This document shows, in pieces, positions 15,490 to 25,886 of a DNA stretch of 64,000 bases. Source of the stretch: an uncultured Planctomycetia bacterium (lineage in GTDB: Bacteria; Omnitrophota; Gorgyraeia; 2-02-FULL-51-18); contig CAYSKO010000005.1 in NCBI GenBank assembly GCA_964431835.1, forward strand, positions 52,167 to 116,166, written 5' to 3'. The notes below the pieces were generated by a model. It worked only from the letters and a program-made list of their open reading frames with translations. It did not search any database and was not told the DNA's origin. How positions within the stretch are numbered: position 1 is the first letter of the stretch; each line of letters begins with the position of its first letter. A program made the position numbers and the translations under genes.

Positions 15490-17396
15490 CAAGCGACCTC
15501 TTCCTCCTCTGGACGATCCAGCTTGCGCCGCTGGCGGCTTTCCTTCTCCTTTTCGTTCTGCCCAAGGGCGCGCGCCGCGCCGCGCCCGTCGTGGGCATGG
15601 TCTTCGCGTTCGCGGCCGCCGCGGCGTCGATCACGCTCCTTTTCTCACACGCGGGCGAACACGGCGGGTTCGTCTACGAATACAAGACGCTCTGGCTGCG
15701 GGTTACCGAGATGGCGCTTTGGCCGGGCGTCGTGATGCCCGAATACGTCCTTTCCGCCGGCTTCTTGGTCGATCCGCTCAACCTTCTCATGATCGCGATC
15801 GTCACCACGATCGCGTTCTTCGTGCAGATGTTCTCCTACTACTACATGGCGGAAGACCCGTCCAGGCCGCGCTACTTCGCTTTCCTGTCGTTCTTCTCTT
15901 TCGCGATGACGGGCTTGGTCCTCGCCTGCAACCTTCTGCAGACGTTCCTCTTCTGGGAACTCGTAGGACTGGCTTCTTACCTTCTGATCGGATTCTGGTA
16001 CGAGAAGCCGGCGGCGGCGACGGCCGCGCGCAAAGCGTTCGTTCTGAACCGTCTGGCGGATCTCGGTTTCTACCTCGGCATCGTTTTTCTCTTTTTCTTC
16101 GTCGGCACGCTCGATTTCACGGCGTTCCGCCCCGACGCGCTGCGCGAGGCGATGGGCTCCGGCTGGGCGGCCGCCGTGGGGCTCCTCGTCTTCATGGGCG
16201 TCATGGGCAAGTCCGCTCAATTTCCCTTCCACGTCTGGCTGCCAGACGCGATGGAAGGCCCCACCCCGGTTTCCGCCCTAATCCATTCGGCCACCATGGT
16301 TGCGGCGGGCGTGTTCCTCATGGCACGCGCCTTTGGTCTTTTCGCGGCTTCCGAAGCGGCCCTCACCGCGGCGCTCGTGGCCGGCGCGCTGACCGCGATA
16401 ACGGGCGCGCTCCTGGCGACCGTCCAGCGGGATATCAAGCGCATCCTCGCCTACTCGACCGTCAGCCAGCTCGGCCTCATGGTGATGGCGATGGGCGCGG
16501 GCTCTCCGGTCGCTGGGATGTTCCACCTGTCGACGCACGCGTTTTTCAAATCACTCCTTTTCCTCACGGCCGGCGCGTTCATCCACCGTTTCCATTCGAA
16601 CGACATCTGGGAAATCGCGCGTGCCGGCGGAAAAAAAGACAAGCTCGCTATGGCGGCGCTCACGCTCGGCCTCCTCTCGCTTTCGGGTATTCCGCCGCTC
16701 TCGGGCTTCTTCTCGAAGGACCTGCTCCTCGAAGCGCTGAGCGAGCGTTCTGGCTTCTTTTATTGGATCGGCGTCGCGGTGAGCTTCCTGACCGCGTTCT
16801 ATTCGTTCCGCCTTCTTTTCGTTCTCCTTTTCACGAAGCCGGGCCATGCGCCGCACGCCGCGCACGCGCACGCGCCGTCACCTTTCCTGAGCGCCTGCCG
16901 CGCGGTGCCGCTGGTTTCGCTCGCTTTGCTCTCGCTTCTGATCGGAGCGCTGGGAACGTCGTGGGGCGGATCGGCACTGCTCCACTGGCTCGGCGGTCAC
17001 GATGCGCACCTGGATCCGACGATCGCCGGCACGACGCTCGTTCTCGCTTCGATCGCGGTCGTCCTGGCTTTCTTTAAGTTCCGCGATCCCGCGGCAGCCG
17101 AAACGCGCCTCGAGGAAGAAGGCGGGTCCTGGAAGCGCGCGCTCCAGCATAAGTTCTACGTCGACGACGCGTACGAATTCCTCGTTAAGAGCGTCGGCCT
17201 GTCCTTCGCGGCGGCGCTCAACTGGATCGATAAACGGGTGTTCAACCGCCTTTTCGTCGATCGGACCTCCGGCGCCGTGCTCGGTCTCGGAAAGCTCCTC
17301 TCCCGCCTCCAGAGCGGCCTTCTCCAAGATTATCTCTCGCTGGCCGTGGGCGTCGGCATCGTCATTCTCCTTTTCGTATTGAAAGGAACGCCTTGA
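15486..17396 (+). CDS. nuoL: NADH-quinone oxidoreductase subunit L (antiporter-like)
   Basis: 636 aa with WLPDAMEGPTPVSALIHSATMV motif. Confidence 0.9.
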   Translation: MTSDLFLLWTIQLAPLAAFLLLFVLPKGARRAAPVVGMVFAFAAAAASITLLFSHAGEHGGFVYEYKTLWLRVTEMALWPGVVMPEYVLSAGFLVDPLNLLMIAIVTTIAFFVQMFSYYYMAEDPSRPRYFAFLSFFSFAMTGLVLACNLLQTFLFWELVGLASYLLIGFWYEKPAAATAARKAFVLNRLADLGFYLGIVFLFFFVGTLDFTAFRPDALREAMGSGWAAAVGLLVFMGVMGKSAQFPFHVWLPDAMEGPTPVSALIHSATMVAAGVFLMARAFGLFAASEAALTAALVAGALTAITGALLATVQRDIKRILAYSTVSQLGLMVMAMGAGSPVAGMFHLSTHAFFKSLLFLTAGAFIHRFHSNDIWEIARAGGKKDKLAMAALTLGLLSLSGIPPLSGFFSKDLLLEALSERSGFFYWIGVAVSFLTAFYSFRLLFVLLFTKPGHAPHAAHAHAPSPFLSACRAVPLVSLALLSLLIGALGTSWGGSALLHWLGGHDAHLDPTIAGTTLVLASIAVVLAFFKFRDPAAAETRLEEEGGSWKRALQHKFYVDDAYEFLVKSVGLSFAAALNWIDKRVFNRLFVDRTSGAVLGLGKLLSRLQSGLLQDYLSLAVGVGIVILLFVLKGTP

Positions 17397-18850
17397 GCTT
17401 CCCGATCCTGACCTCCATTCTCCTTTGCCCGGTCCTGGGTCTCCTGGCCGTTCTCCTGACGCCAGCTCGCATGGAAGGACTCGTGAAAGCGATTTCTCTG
17501 GCGACCGCCGCGGTTTCGCTCATTCTCTCGATCTTCCTCTGCATGGCTTTCGACGCGTCCAACCCCGGCTTTCAGATGGTCGAGTTCGTCGATTGGATGC
17601 CAAGCTACGGCGTGCATTACTCGATGGCGGTAGACGGCCTCAACGTGACGATGATTCTCCTCACCTCCATCGTCATCTTCTGCGGCATCCTCGTGTCGTG
17701 GGGCCTTAAATTCCGCGTGAAGGACTTCTTCGCGAACATGCTTTTCCTGGTTGCGGGCGTATTCGGCGTGTTCATGACGACGAACCTCTTCTTCTTCTTC
17801 CTGTTCTACGAGATCGCCGTGATCCCGATGTATCTCCTCATCGTGATCTGGGGCTCGACGAACAAGGAATACGCGGCCATGAAACTGACCCTTTACCTCC
17901 TCTTCGGAAGCGCGTTCATTTTCGCGGGCTTCCTGTACATGTATTCCCTGCCGGGGGCACATACTTTCGATCTAGTCGCGCTGAAAGAGAATGTCGCGTT
18001 CGCGCCCGACGTTCAAAATTGGCTCTTCCTCGCGCTTTTCATCGGCTTCGGCGTGCTGGCCGCCTGCTTCCCGTTCCACGTGTGGTCGCCCGAGGGCCAT
18101 GTCGCCGCCCCGACCGCCGCGAGTATGCTTCACGCGGGCGTTCTCATGAAACTCGGCGCGTTCGGCATCCTGCGGGTGGGCGTCTATCTGCTTCCCGACG
18201 GCGCTCGGTTCTGGGCGCCGCTCATCGCGGGTCTGGCGCTCTGCAACATCGTTTACGGTGCGTTCGTCGCCACGCAGCAGAAGGACCTTAAGTTCATCAT
18301 CGGCTTCTCGAGCGTCAGCCACATGGGCATCGTGCTTTTGGGCATCGCGACGATGACGGATGTCGGCTTCAACGGCGCGCTCTTCCAGATGTTCTCGCAC
18401 GGTCTCATGACCGCTCTTTTCTTCGCGTGTGTCGGGTGGATCTACGACGGCTGCCACACCCGCATGCTGGACGAGCTCGGGGGGCTTTCGAAGAAAGCAC
18501 CGAGAATCTCGGCGTTCTTCATCATCGCGGGCCTCTGCGGGCTCGGACTCCCGGGCATGGGTAGCTTCGTCGCCGAGCTTCTCGTCACGATCGCGGCCGT
18601 GAGCCGGTTCCCGGCGGTCGGCGTGATCTCCATCGTCGCGCTCCTCATCACCGCCTATTACGTCCTCACCGCGATCCAGAAGGCGTTCTACGGCCCCCCT
18701 TCGCCCCACACGGAACACCTGCACGACATCGGGTTCTTCCAGTTCATCCCGCGCGCGATCCTCGTGGGCGTCCTAGTTTTCTTCGGCGTGTTCCCTCAAG
18801 TTTTCATCGGTTTCGTCTCGGCCTCGACCAAGGCCCTCGTGGGAGCCTGA
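17393..18850 (+). CDS. nuoM: NADH-quinone oxidoreductase subunit M
   Basis: 485 aa antiporter-like; TTG start after a good SD (AAAGGAA). Confidence 0.85.
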   Translation: MSFPILTSILLCPVLGLLAVLLTPARMEGLVKAISLATAAVSLILSIFLCMAFDASNPGFQMVEFVDWMPSYGVHYSMAVDGLNVTMILLTSIVIFCGILVSWGLKFRVKDFFANMLFLVAGVFGVFMTTNLFFFFLFYEIAVIPMYLLIVIWGSTNKEYAAMKLTLYLLFGSAFIFAGFLYMYSLPGAHTFDLVALKENVAFAPDVQNWLFLALFIGFGVLAACFPFHVWSPEGHVAAPTAASMLHAGVLMKLGAFGILRVGVYLLPDGARFWAPLIAGLALCNIVYGAFVATQQKDLKFIIGFSSVSHMGIVLLGIATMTDVGFNGALFQMFSHGLMTALFFACVGWIYDGCHTRMLDELGGLSKKAPRISAFFIIAGLCGLGLPGMGSFVAELLVTIAAVSRFPAVGVISIVALLITAYYVLTAIQKAFYGPPSPHTEHLHDIGFFQFIPRAILVGVLVFFGVFPQVFIGFVSASTKALVGA

Positions 18851-18851
18851 C

Positions 18852-20273
18852 ATGCTGACTCTCCTCCTTCCCGAGATCCTGCTCGCGATCACGATCACGG
18901 CGCTTCTTTGCCGGATGCTGAGCCGCCAATCGGAGACCGAACCGCGCCTCTTCATGGCCGTGGCGGCGTGCCTTCTGGTCGCCGGAGCGGTCGTCTCCGT
19001 TTTTTTCGGGCCCGCGACGCTCTTCTACGCTTCGTACCGCGTGGATCTCCTCTCACAGGGCTTCAAGGTGATTCTCGCGGCGTCGCTCCTCTTCACGGTG
19101 CTCGCTTCGCGCGATCAGTTCTCGATCCAGGCCAATCGCCTGCCGGAATACTACTTCTTCCTCCTCACCGGTACGCTCGGAATGATGATGATGACGAGCG
19201 CGGCGGATCTCCTGACGCTCTACGTCTCGCTCGAGCTCTCGAGCTACTCGCTCTATCTCCTGACGGCGCTCCGGGACGAGCGCCGCACCACGGAGGCGAG
19301 CGTCAAATACGTGATCATCGGCGCGGCGGTAAGCGGCATCATGCTCTGGGGCTTGAGCCTCATGGCCGGCGTCTCGGGAACGTTCCTCTTAGCCGGCATG
19401 GCGCAAAACGCTCCCGCGCTCCTCGCCGAGCCGGCATTCGCGGCGGGACTCGCGCTCACGCTCTTCGCGGTCCTCTTCAAGCTCTCGGCTTTCCCCGTTC
19501 ACGCGTGGGCGCCGGACGCCTACGAGGCCGCCTCGACCCCCGTGACCGCGTTCCTGGCGACTGCCTCGAAAGCCGCCGCGGTAGCCGTCATGATCCGCCT
19601 TCTCATGCTGACCGGCCTCACACCGGGTCTGACCGCGGCCTTCGGCGCGCTCGCCGTGGCGTCGATGACGCTCGGCAACGCCGCCGCGCTCGTCCAGCGG
19701 GACGTCAAACGCCTGCTCGCCTATTCGAGCGTCGCGCAGGCGGGCTATCTTCTCGTGGGCCTCGCGGCCGTCTCGGGTGAAGGGTTCTCCTCCGCGTTCT
19801 TCTACGCGCTCGCTTACGCCGTCATGAACGCGGGTGCGTTCACGGTGGTGCTCGCGGTCGCGCGCGCGTCGGCCAACGACAATCCGAAGCTCTCCGATTT
19901 CGACGGCCTCGCCGAGCGCTCGCCGCTCCTGGGGCTCCTCCTTCTCGTCAGCCTCCTTTCGCTCGCGGGCATCCCGCCGCTGGCCGGCTTCACGGGCAAG
20001 TGGATCCTTTTCTCGGCGGCCATGGACAAGGGCCGCTGGCTTCTCGTCCTTTGGGCGGTTCTCAATAGCGTCGTGTCGCTCTTTTACTACCTCACGCTCG
20101 TGAAGCACGCCTATCTCGAGAAGCCTAAGACACTCGCGCCCGTCGGGGCGTCGCCGCGCGTGCGCGTGTTGGCTATCGGACTCTGCGTGGCGATCGTTCT
20201 TCTCGGTCTTTTCCCGAATTTCTTCGTCACCTTCGCGCAGCAGGCCGTCGTTTCGGCCGCGACGCCTTGGTAA
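18852..20273 (+). CDS. nuoN: NADH-quinone oxidoreductase subunit N
   Basis: 473 aa antiporter-like subunit. Confidence 0.85.
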   Translation: MLTLLLPEILLAITITALLCRMLSRQSETEPRLFMAVAACLLVAGAVVSVFFGPATLFYASYRVDLLSQGFKVILAASLLFTVLASRDQFSIQANRLPEYYFFLLTGTLGMMMMTSAADLLTLYVSLELSSYSLYLLTALRDERRTTEASVKYVIIGAAVSGIMLWGLSLMAGVSGTFLLAGMAQNAPALLAEPAFAAGLALTLFAVLFKLSAFPVHAWAPDAYEAASTPVTAFLATASKAAAVAVMIRLLMLTGLTPGLTAAFGALAVASMTLGNAAALVQRDVKRLLAYSSVAQAGYLLVGLAAVSGEGFSSAFFYALAYAVMNAGAFTVVLAVARASANDNPKLSDFDGLAERSPLLGLLLLVSLLSLAGIPPLAGFTGKWILFSAAMDKGRWLLVLWAVLNSVVSLFYYLTLVKHAYLEKPKTLAPVGASPRVRVLAIGLCVAIVLLGLFPNFFVTFAQQAVVSAATPW

Positions 20274-20401
20274 ATCCAGGGAGCCGGAACCCAAACACGG
20301 CGAAACTCGGCCTGAAGGCCGCTCTTCCAGCCCTTTTACCAGCTTCTCTTTTTTCTTTCCTCGCGGCTCTCGCGCCTTCCGCCTTGTCGGATGGCAGGCG
20401 G

Positions 20402-22528
20402 ATGTCTTTTGAATGGGCTCCCAGTATCGGCTTAGACATGACTTTCCGCCTCGACGGACTGGGCCTTCTCTTCGCCCTGCTGATTACGGGCATCGGAACG
20501 GCGGTGTGCTTTTACGCCCGCGGCTACCTCGACGGCGATCGGCGCCTCGGTCGTTTTTACGCCTTCCTGTACTTCTTCATGGCGTCCATGCTGGGGCTCG
20601 TACTAGCGGATAATTTCATCCTTTTCTTCGTGTTTTGGGAATTGACCGGCATCTCCTCGTATTTTCTCATCGGCTTCGACCATGAGAAAGAGTCCAGCAG
20701 GACCTCGGCGCTACAGGCACTTCTCGTTACGGGAGGCGGCGGTCTGGCGATGCTGGCCGGTCTTCTCTGCGTTTCGATGATCACGGGCGCGTCCAGGTTC
20801 AGCGAGCTCGATAGTCTCGGCTTCTCCGCCGCTTCCCTGGTTCCGCCCGGCGTGCTTGCGCTCGTCCTGGCCGGCGCCTTCACGAAGTCCGCGCAGTTTC
20901 CTTTCCATTTTTGGCTTCCCAACGCGATGACGGCGCCGGCGCCGGTAAGCGCGTACCTCCACTCGTCCACCATGGTGAAAGCCGGAATTTATCTCATGCT
21001 CCGCCTTTCGCCTTCGTTTTCCGGTGACTCTTTCTGGCGTTTCTCCCTCACCGCGATCGGTGCCGCTACGGTGGCTACGGGCGCGGTGCTTGCCGTCAAG
21101 CAAACGGACATGAAACGATCTCTCGCCTACCTCACGGTCAGCGCGCTGGGAATGATGACGATGATGATCGGCGCCGGTGCCGAAGGCGCAATTCACGCCG
21201 CGGTGGCGTTTCTCGTGGCGCACGCCTTCTACAAGGCGTCGCTTTTCATGTGCGCCGGATCGGTGGATCACGCGACGCACGAAAGGAATCCCGAGGCGTT
21301 AACGGGTCTTGCGCGCTTTATGCCGTTCACGGCTGTAGCCGCCGTCCTCGCGGGTGCGGCGATGGCGTCCTTGCCGCTGTTTCTTTCGTTCCCGGCCAAG
21401 GAAGCGGTGCTCGAAGCGGGTCTGCACTCGCCCGCACCCTGGATCGCCGGGATCGCCGCGGGTGCGGGAGCCGTTTACGCGGCGATGGCGTGGCTGCTCG
21501 GCGTCAAACCCTTCGGGGGAGCTGTAGAAAGCGCGAAAACACACGGCCACGAGGTCTCATTCCCAATGTACGTGCCGCCTCTCGCCCTCGCGGCGTGCGG
21601 CCTCGTTTTCGGCGTGTTTCCGGATCTGGTCGCGCCGTTCGTCGACGGCGCCGTCCGGTCCGCGGGCGGCTCGCCGGGGAAACTCGTGGCATGGCACGGG
21701 TTCACGCCGGCGCTTTTTCTCAGCCTGGGAGGCTTGGTCGTGGGCGCCGTCCTTTATCGCGGGCGGTTTGCCGCACGGAAAGCGCTCGCGCCCCTTGACC
21801 TTCCGGGATGGCCCGGGCCGGAACGCCTGTATCGGACGGTCCTAGAGGCGACGGTCGCCGGTGCCGGCCGCCTGACGCGGACCTTACAGAACGGGTATCT
21901 GAGGCGGTATCTCCGCGTGACGTTCGCTTCCGTTTCGGCACTTCTCGCCGTCGCGCTTTTCCGCTCCGGGAATCTGCCTTCACCTGCCCCGGATACGGCG
22001 CGGGCGTATGAGATCGTCCTTTCGTTCTTCATCTGCGCCGCCGCTCTCGCGGCCGTGTTGGCACGCTCGCGGTTCGTCGTCGTCGCCATGCTGGGATCCG
22101 TCGGTATGAGCATCACCCTTCTCTTCGTCCTTTACGGAGCGCCCGATCTCGCGATGACGCAGTTCACGGTTGAAACGTTGACCGTCATTCTCCTCGCCCT
22201 CGTTATGCACCGGTTACCTCCCTTCGCGCCCGCCTATTCCTCCGTGCCGCAACGCGCGATCGACCTCCTGCTCGCGGGAGGCTTTGGATTCCTGATGTCC
22301 GTCCTGACGTGGATATCGTTCACGGACGCGCGGCCGCAGCTTTCGGCCGTATCGGCGTTCTTTTCCGAGAACAGCCTTCCGGCGGCCCACGGACGCAACA
22401 TCGTGAACGTCATCCTGGTTGATTTCAGAGGACTCGACACGCTGGGCGAGATCACCGTTTTGGCGGTGGCGGGTGTCGGCGTGTTCTCCCTGGTCAAAGC
22501 CGCGGCCTCGAGGGGATCATCCCGATGA
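20402..22528 (+). CDS. mrpA: Mrp-type cation/proton antiporter subunit A (NuoL-like plus C-terminal MrpB-like domain), N-terminally short
   Basis: LEWIPSLG-equivalent [73 protein letters not shown] 20402 is preferred over the track start 20267. Confidence 0.8.
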   Translation: MSFEWAPSIGLDMTFRLDGLGLLFALLITGIGTAVCFYARGYLDGDRRLGRFYAFLYFFMASMLGLVLADNFILFFVFWELTGISSYFLIGFDHEKESSRTSALQALLVTGGGGLAMLAGLLCVSMITGASRFSELDSLGFSAASLVPPGVLALVLAGAFTKSAQFPFHFWLPNAMTAPAPVSAYLHSSTMVKAGIYLMLRLSPSFSGDSFWRFSLTAIGAATVATGAVLAVKQTDMKRSLAYLTVSALGMMTMMIGAGAEGAIHAAVAFLVAHAFYKASLFMCAGSVDHATHERNPEALTGLARFMPFTAVAAVLAGAAMASLPLFLSFPAKEAVLEAGLHSPAPWIAGIAAGAGAVYAAMAWLLGVKPFGGAVESAKTHGHEVSFPMYVPPLALAACGLVFGVFPDLVAPFVDGAVRSAGGSPGKLVAWHGFTPALFLSLGGLVVGAVLYRGRFAARKALAPLDLPGWPGPERLYRTVLEATVAGAGRLTRTLQNGYLRRYLRVTFASVSALLAVALFRSGNLPSPAPDTARAYEIVLSFFICAAALAAVLARSRFVVVAMLGSVGMSITLLFVLYGAPDLAMTQFTVETLTVILLALVMHRLPPFAPAYSSVPQRAIDLLLAGGFGFLMSVLTWISFTDARPQLSAVSAFFSENSLPAAHGRNIVNVILVDFRGLDTLGEITVLAVAGVGVFSLVKAAASRGSSR

Positions 22529-22935
22529 ATTCGCTGATTCTCAGGACGGTCGCCGAGTTCCTGAAACCCCTTTTAATCCTTTTTTCCCTTTTCCTCTTGT
22601 TCCGCGGACATCACGAGCCAGGAGGCGGATTCACGGGCGGCCTCGTCGCCGGCGCGGCGTACGTCTTGCACGCTCTCACGCGCGGTACGAATGCCACTCG
22701 CGCGCTGATCGTCGATCCGCGGCTATTGGTCTCCATCGGGCTTCTCACCGCTCTCTCCAGCGGGCTCTTTTCCGTCCTCTCCGGCCTTCCGTTCATGACC
22801 GGCATTTGGGCGAAGCTCGACTTGCCGGTCTTCGGAGCGCTCGAGATCGGCACTCCGATCGTTTTCGACGTGGGCGTTTACTTGGTGGTCGTGGGAACGA
22901 CGCTCACGATGTTTTTGGCGCTGGCGGACGACTGA
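22525..22935 (+). CDS. mrpB: Mrp antiporter subunit B
   Basis: 136 aa TM protein; ATGA overlap with mrpA. Confidence 0.75.
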   Translation: MNSLILRTVAEFLKPLLILFSLFLLFRGHHEPGGGFTGGLVAGAAYVLHALTRGTNATRALIVDPRLLVSIGLLTALSSGLFSVLSGLPFMTGIWAKLDLPVFGALEIGTPIVFDVGVYLVVVGTTLTMFLALADD

Positions 22936-22936
22936 C

Positions 22937-23284
22937 GTGGCGATCCTTTTCTGCGTAGTCGTCGGGTTCCTCTACGCGGCAGCACTCTACATGTTGCTGA
23001 GCCGTAGCGTTGTGAAACTGCTGATGGGTCTCATCCTCCTGTCCCATGCGACGAACCTGCTCATCTTCTCGGCCGGCCGGCCCGTGCGAGGCGGCGTACC
23101 GCTCGTGCCACCCGGCGCGGCAGCACCGTCCCAACCGTTCCCGGATCCGCTTGCCCAGGCCATGATCCTCACCGCCATCGTCATCAGCTTCGGCGTTCTC
23201 GCCTTCGCGCTCGTCCTCGTCTACCGCTGCCACGCCGCCACCGGCAGCGACGACGTCGACGAACTCAGGAACACCGAATTGTGA
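22937..23284 (+). CDS. mrpC: Mrp antiporter subunit C (NuoK-like)
   Basis: 115 aa, GTG start. Confidence 0.75.
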   Translation: MAILFCVVVGFLYAAALYMLLSRSVVKLLMGLILLSHATNLLIFSAGRPVRGGVPLVPPGAAAPSQPFPDPLAQAMILTAIVISFGVLAFALVLVYRCHAATGSDDVDELRNTEL

Positions 23285-24768
23285 ACGTGCTACTCGCGCT
23301 CCCCATCGTCGTGCCCATGGCGGCCGCCGCGGTGTCCCTCGCGTTTCGACGCTCGCCGAAGGTCCAGTACGCGGCGGGCGCGGTTTCCTCCGCCGCGGGA
23401 CTGGCCGTCGCGGTCGGAATATTCTTCAACGTCTCGCGGGAGGGCATTCTCAAGCTGGAAATCGGAAATTGGCCCGCGCCGTTCGGCATCGTGCTCGTCG
23501 CCGACCTCTTCAGCGCCATTATGCTTTTGGTCTCCACCGTGATCGCGGCGGCCGTTTTTGTGTATTCGACAGCCTCGACGGACGAAGAAAGGCGCTCGCT
23601 CGGCTTCTATCCCCTACTCCAGGTGCTGCTCATGGGCGTCTACGGCGCCTTCATGACGGGCGACCTGTTCAACCTTTACGTTTGGTTCGAGGTCATGCTG
23701 ATGGCTTCGTTCGTCCTGCTTTCCCTCGGAGGCGGCAGGGCCCAGATCGAAGGCGCGATCAAATACCTGGCCCTGAACCTGATCTCGTCGGCTTTTTTTC
23801 TGGCCGCGACCGCCGTGCTGTACGGGATCACAGGGACCGTGAATTTCGCGGAGCTCGCCCGCCAGCTCGACGGACAATCCGGGTCGGTTACGGTCGTCGC
23901 GATGCTGTTCCTTGTCGCTTTTTCGATCAAAGCGGCGGCATTTCCGTTTTTCTTTTGGCTTCCGGCGTCTTATCATACGCCCCCCGTGGCCGTTTCGGCG
24001 GTGTTCGCGGGTCTGCTCACGAAGGTCGGCGTATACGCTCTCGTGCGCGTGTTTACCCTGCTTTTCGTCGGGGACACGGCGTTCACGCACGGCATCATCC
24101 TATGGATGGCGGCGTTCACGATGATCGTCGGCGTGTTGGGCGCCGTCAGTCAGAACGATGCGAGGCGGGTCTTATCCTTCCATATCGTCAGCCAGATAGG
24201 GTACATGCTCATGGGATTGGGAATCTTCACTCCGGCGGCGCTGGCCGGTTGCGTCTTCTACATCTTTCATCACATGCTTGTGAAAACCAATCTCTTCCTG
24301 GTCGCCGGAATCGCCGAAAAGACTCTAGGTACGTTCGAATTGAAAAAAATGGGCGGGTTGTACGCCTCCTCCCCGCTCCTCGCCGGTCTTTTTTTGGTAT
24401 CCGCCCTCTCGCTCGCCGGCCTGCCACCGCTTTCGGGATTTTTCGCCAAATTGATCCTGATAAAAAGCGGAATCGAGGCGGGCGCCGGGTGGGTGTCCGC
24501 AGTGGCCCTCATCGTGGGGCTGTTGACGCTCTTTTCAATGACGAAAATCTGGAACGAGGCGTTCTGGAAACCGCTGCCTGCGTCGTCCGGGGCGACCAAT
24601 GGCGGGCGACCCGCCTTCGCATGGATCGCCCCGGTGGCGCTGCTCGCCGCGTGCACCGTGGCTATCGGGCTCGCAGCCGGGCCGGCTTACGATCTGTCAT
24701 TGCGCACGGCAACGCAGCTCATGGACCGCGGCGCTTACGTTCAAGCGGTTCTCGGGGACGGGTCATGA
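23281..24768 (+). CDS. mrpD: Mrp antiporter subunit D (NuoM/N-like)
   Basis: 495 aa; GTGA overlap with mrpC. Confidence 0.85.
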   Translation: MNVLLALPIVVPMAAAAVSLAFRRSPKVQYAAGAVSSAAGLAVAVGIFFNVSREGILKLEIGNWPAPFGIVLVADLFSAIMLLVSTVIAAAVFVYSTASTDEERRSLGFYPLLQVLLMGVYGAFMTGDLFNLYVWFEVMLMASFVLLSLGGGRAQIEGAIKYLALNLISSAFFLAATAVLYGITGTVNFAELARQLDGQSGSVTVVAMLFLVAFSIKAAAFPFFFWLPASYHTPPVAVSAVFAGLLTKVGVYALVRVFTLLFVGDTAFTHGIILWMAAFTMIVGVLGAVSQNDARRVLSFHIVSQIGYMLMGLGIFTPAALAGCVFYIFHHMLVKTNLFLVAGIAEKTLGTFELKKMGGLYASSPLLAGLFLVSALSLAGLPPLSGFFAKLILIKSGIEAGAGWVSAVALIVGLLTLFSMTKIWNEAFWKPLPASSGATNGGRPAFAWIAPVALLAACTVAIGLAAGPAYDLSLRTATQLMDRGAYVQAVLGDGS

Positions 24769-25238
24769 AATTTCTGCTATGGAACGTTTTCCTGGCTCTG
24801 GCGTGGGTCGCGGTGACGGGCAGCCTGACGGCCGCCAATCTTGCGGCCGGATTCGCGCTGGGTTACAGCACGCTGTGGGTCACGACATCGGGCCCGGGGA
24901 AGGCCACTTATTTTTCGAAGCTCAAGCACGTCGTCAAATTCGCGAGCTTCCTCGGCTACGACCTCGTCGTCTCGGCGCTGCAGGTCGCATGGAACGTCCT
25001 TACGCCGAAAAGCGGGATCCGTCCGGGCGTCATTGCCATCCCCATCGAGTTGAAGACGGCCGCCGAAATCGTCATTCTCGCCAATTCCATCACGCTGACG
25101 CCCGGGACCCTTACGCTGGACATCTCCGAAGACAAAAAGACGCTGTTCGTGCACGCGATATTCATCGACGATCCCGCGCGTTTCCGCGCGGAAATACGCG
25201 ACGGCATCGAAAAGCGAACCGCGGAGCTGATGAAGTGA
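24765..25238 (+). CDS. mrpE: Mrp antiporter subunit E
   Basis: [19 protein letters not shown]..., 157 aa; ATGA overlap with mrpD. Confidence 0.7.
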   Translation: MKFLLWNVFLALAWVAVTGSLTAANLAAGFALGYSTLWVTTSGPGKATYFSKLKHVVKFASFLGYDLVVSALQVAWNVLTPKSGIRPGVIAIPIELKTAAEIVILANSITLTPGTLTLDISEDKKTLFVHAIFIDDPARFRAEIRDGIEKRTAELMK

Positions 25239-25516
25239 TTCCCGTCCTCGCGGTGGGGTCCGCATTCACGTGGACGACCTGCTTCATGGTCGTCGGCCTG
25301 CTGCTCGCCTTCATCAGGCTGCTGCGCGGCCCTAGCCTCTGCGACCGCATCGTCGCCCTCGATCTCATGATGACGCTTTCTGTCGGAATCATCGGTCTCC
25401 GCTCCATCCAAACCGGACAATCCGTTTTTCTTTCAGTGATCGCCGTGATGGCCCTGATCGCTTTCCTCGGAACGATAGGATTCGTCTATTACGTCGGGAA
25501 AAGGATATCCTCATGA
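25235..25516 (+). CDS. mrpF: Mrp antiporter subunit F
   Basis: GTG start overlapping the mrpE stop; 93-aa 3-TM protein. Confidence 0.65.
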   Translation: MIPVLAVGSAFTWTTCFMVVGLLLAFIRLLRGPSLCDRIVALDLMMTLSVGIIGLRSIQTGQSVFLSVIAVMALIAFLGTIGFVYYVGKRISS

Positions 25517-25857
25517 AAGAGCTCGTCGTCGTCCTGTTGATTATGACGGGTTCCGTCTTTTCGCTGATCGCGTCGATAGGAATCATGAACATGCCGGACT
25601 TGTTCACCCGGATGCATGCGGCGACGAAAGCCGGGACGCTGGGTGTGGGCTTCATCCTATGCGGGGTAGCGGTGCATTTTTCGCAGACGGGCGTGACCAT
25701 GCTTGTCCTCGCCACGATCGGCTTCATCGTTCTCACCGCGCCGATCGCGGCGCACATGATCGGACGCGCCGCGTATTACACGGGCGTGCCGTTATGGAAG
25801 GATTCCGTGATGGATGAACTGAGGCCGGAATACCACAAGCGGGCGCGAGACCGCTAA
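25513..25857 (+). CDS. mrpG: Mrp antiporter subunit G
   Basis: MKELVVVLLIMTGSVFSLIASIGIMNMPDLFTRMHAATKAGTLGVG... Confidence 0.8.
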   Translation: MKELVVVLLIMTGSVFSLIASIGIMNMPDLFTRMHAATKAGTLGVGFILCGVAVHFSQTGVTMLVLATIGFIVLTAPIAAHMIGRAAYYTGVPLWKDSVMDELRPEYHKRARDR

Positions 25858-25886
25858 AAAGACGTCCGGGCGACGCTTCGGCCGAA

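Noticed and set aside
15719-17077. 452-aa Arg-rich ORF inside nuoL
   Set aside because: Alternative frame of a verified gene.
20267-20401. TTG-initiated N-terminal extension of mrpA given by the ORF track
   Set aside because: Third-codon positions are AT-rich, unlike every verified gene here. It overlaps the nuoN stop by 7 nt in a +2 frame. It is treated as untranslated leader, but flagged in the findings.
23469-24764. 589-aa ORF 23469-25238 and 305-aa ORF 24599-25516
   Set aside because: Only their 3' ends correspond to mrpE and mrpF. The upstream parts are alternative frames of mrpD.
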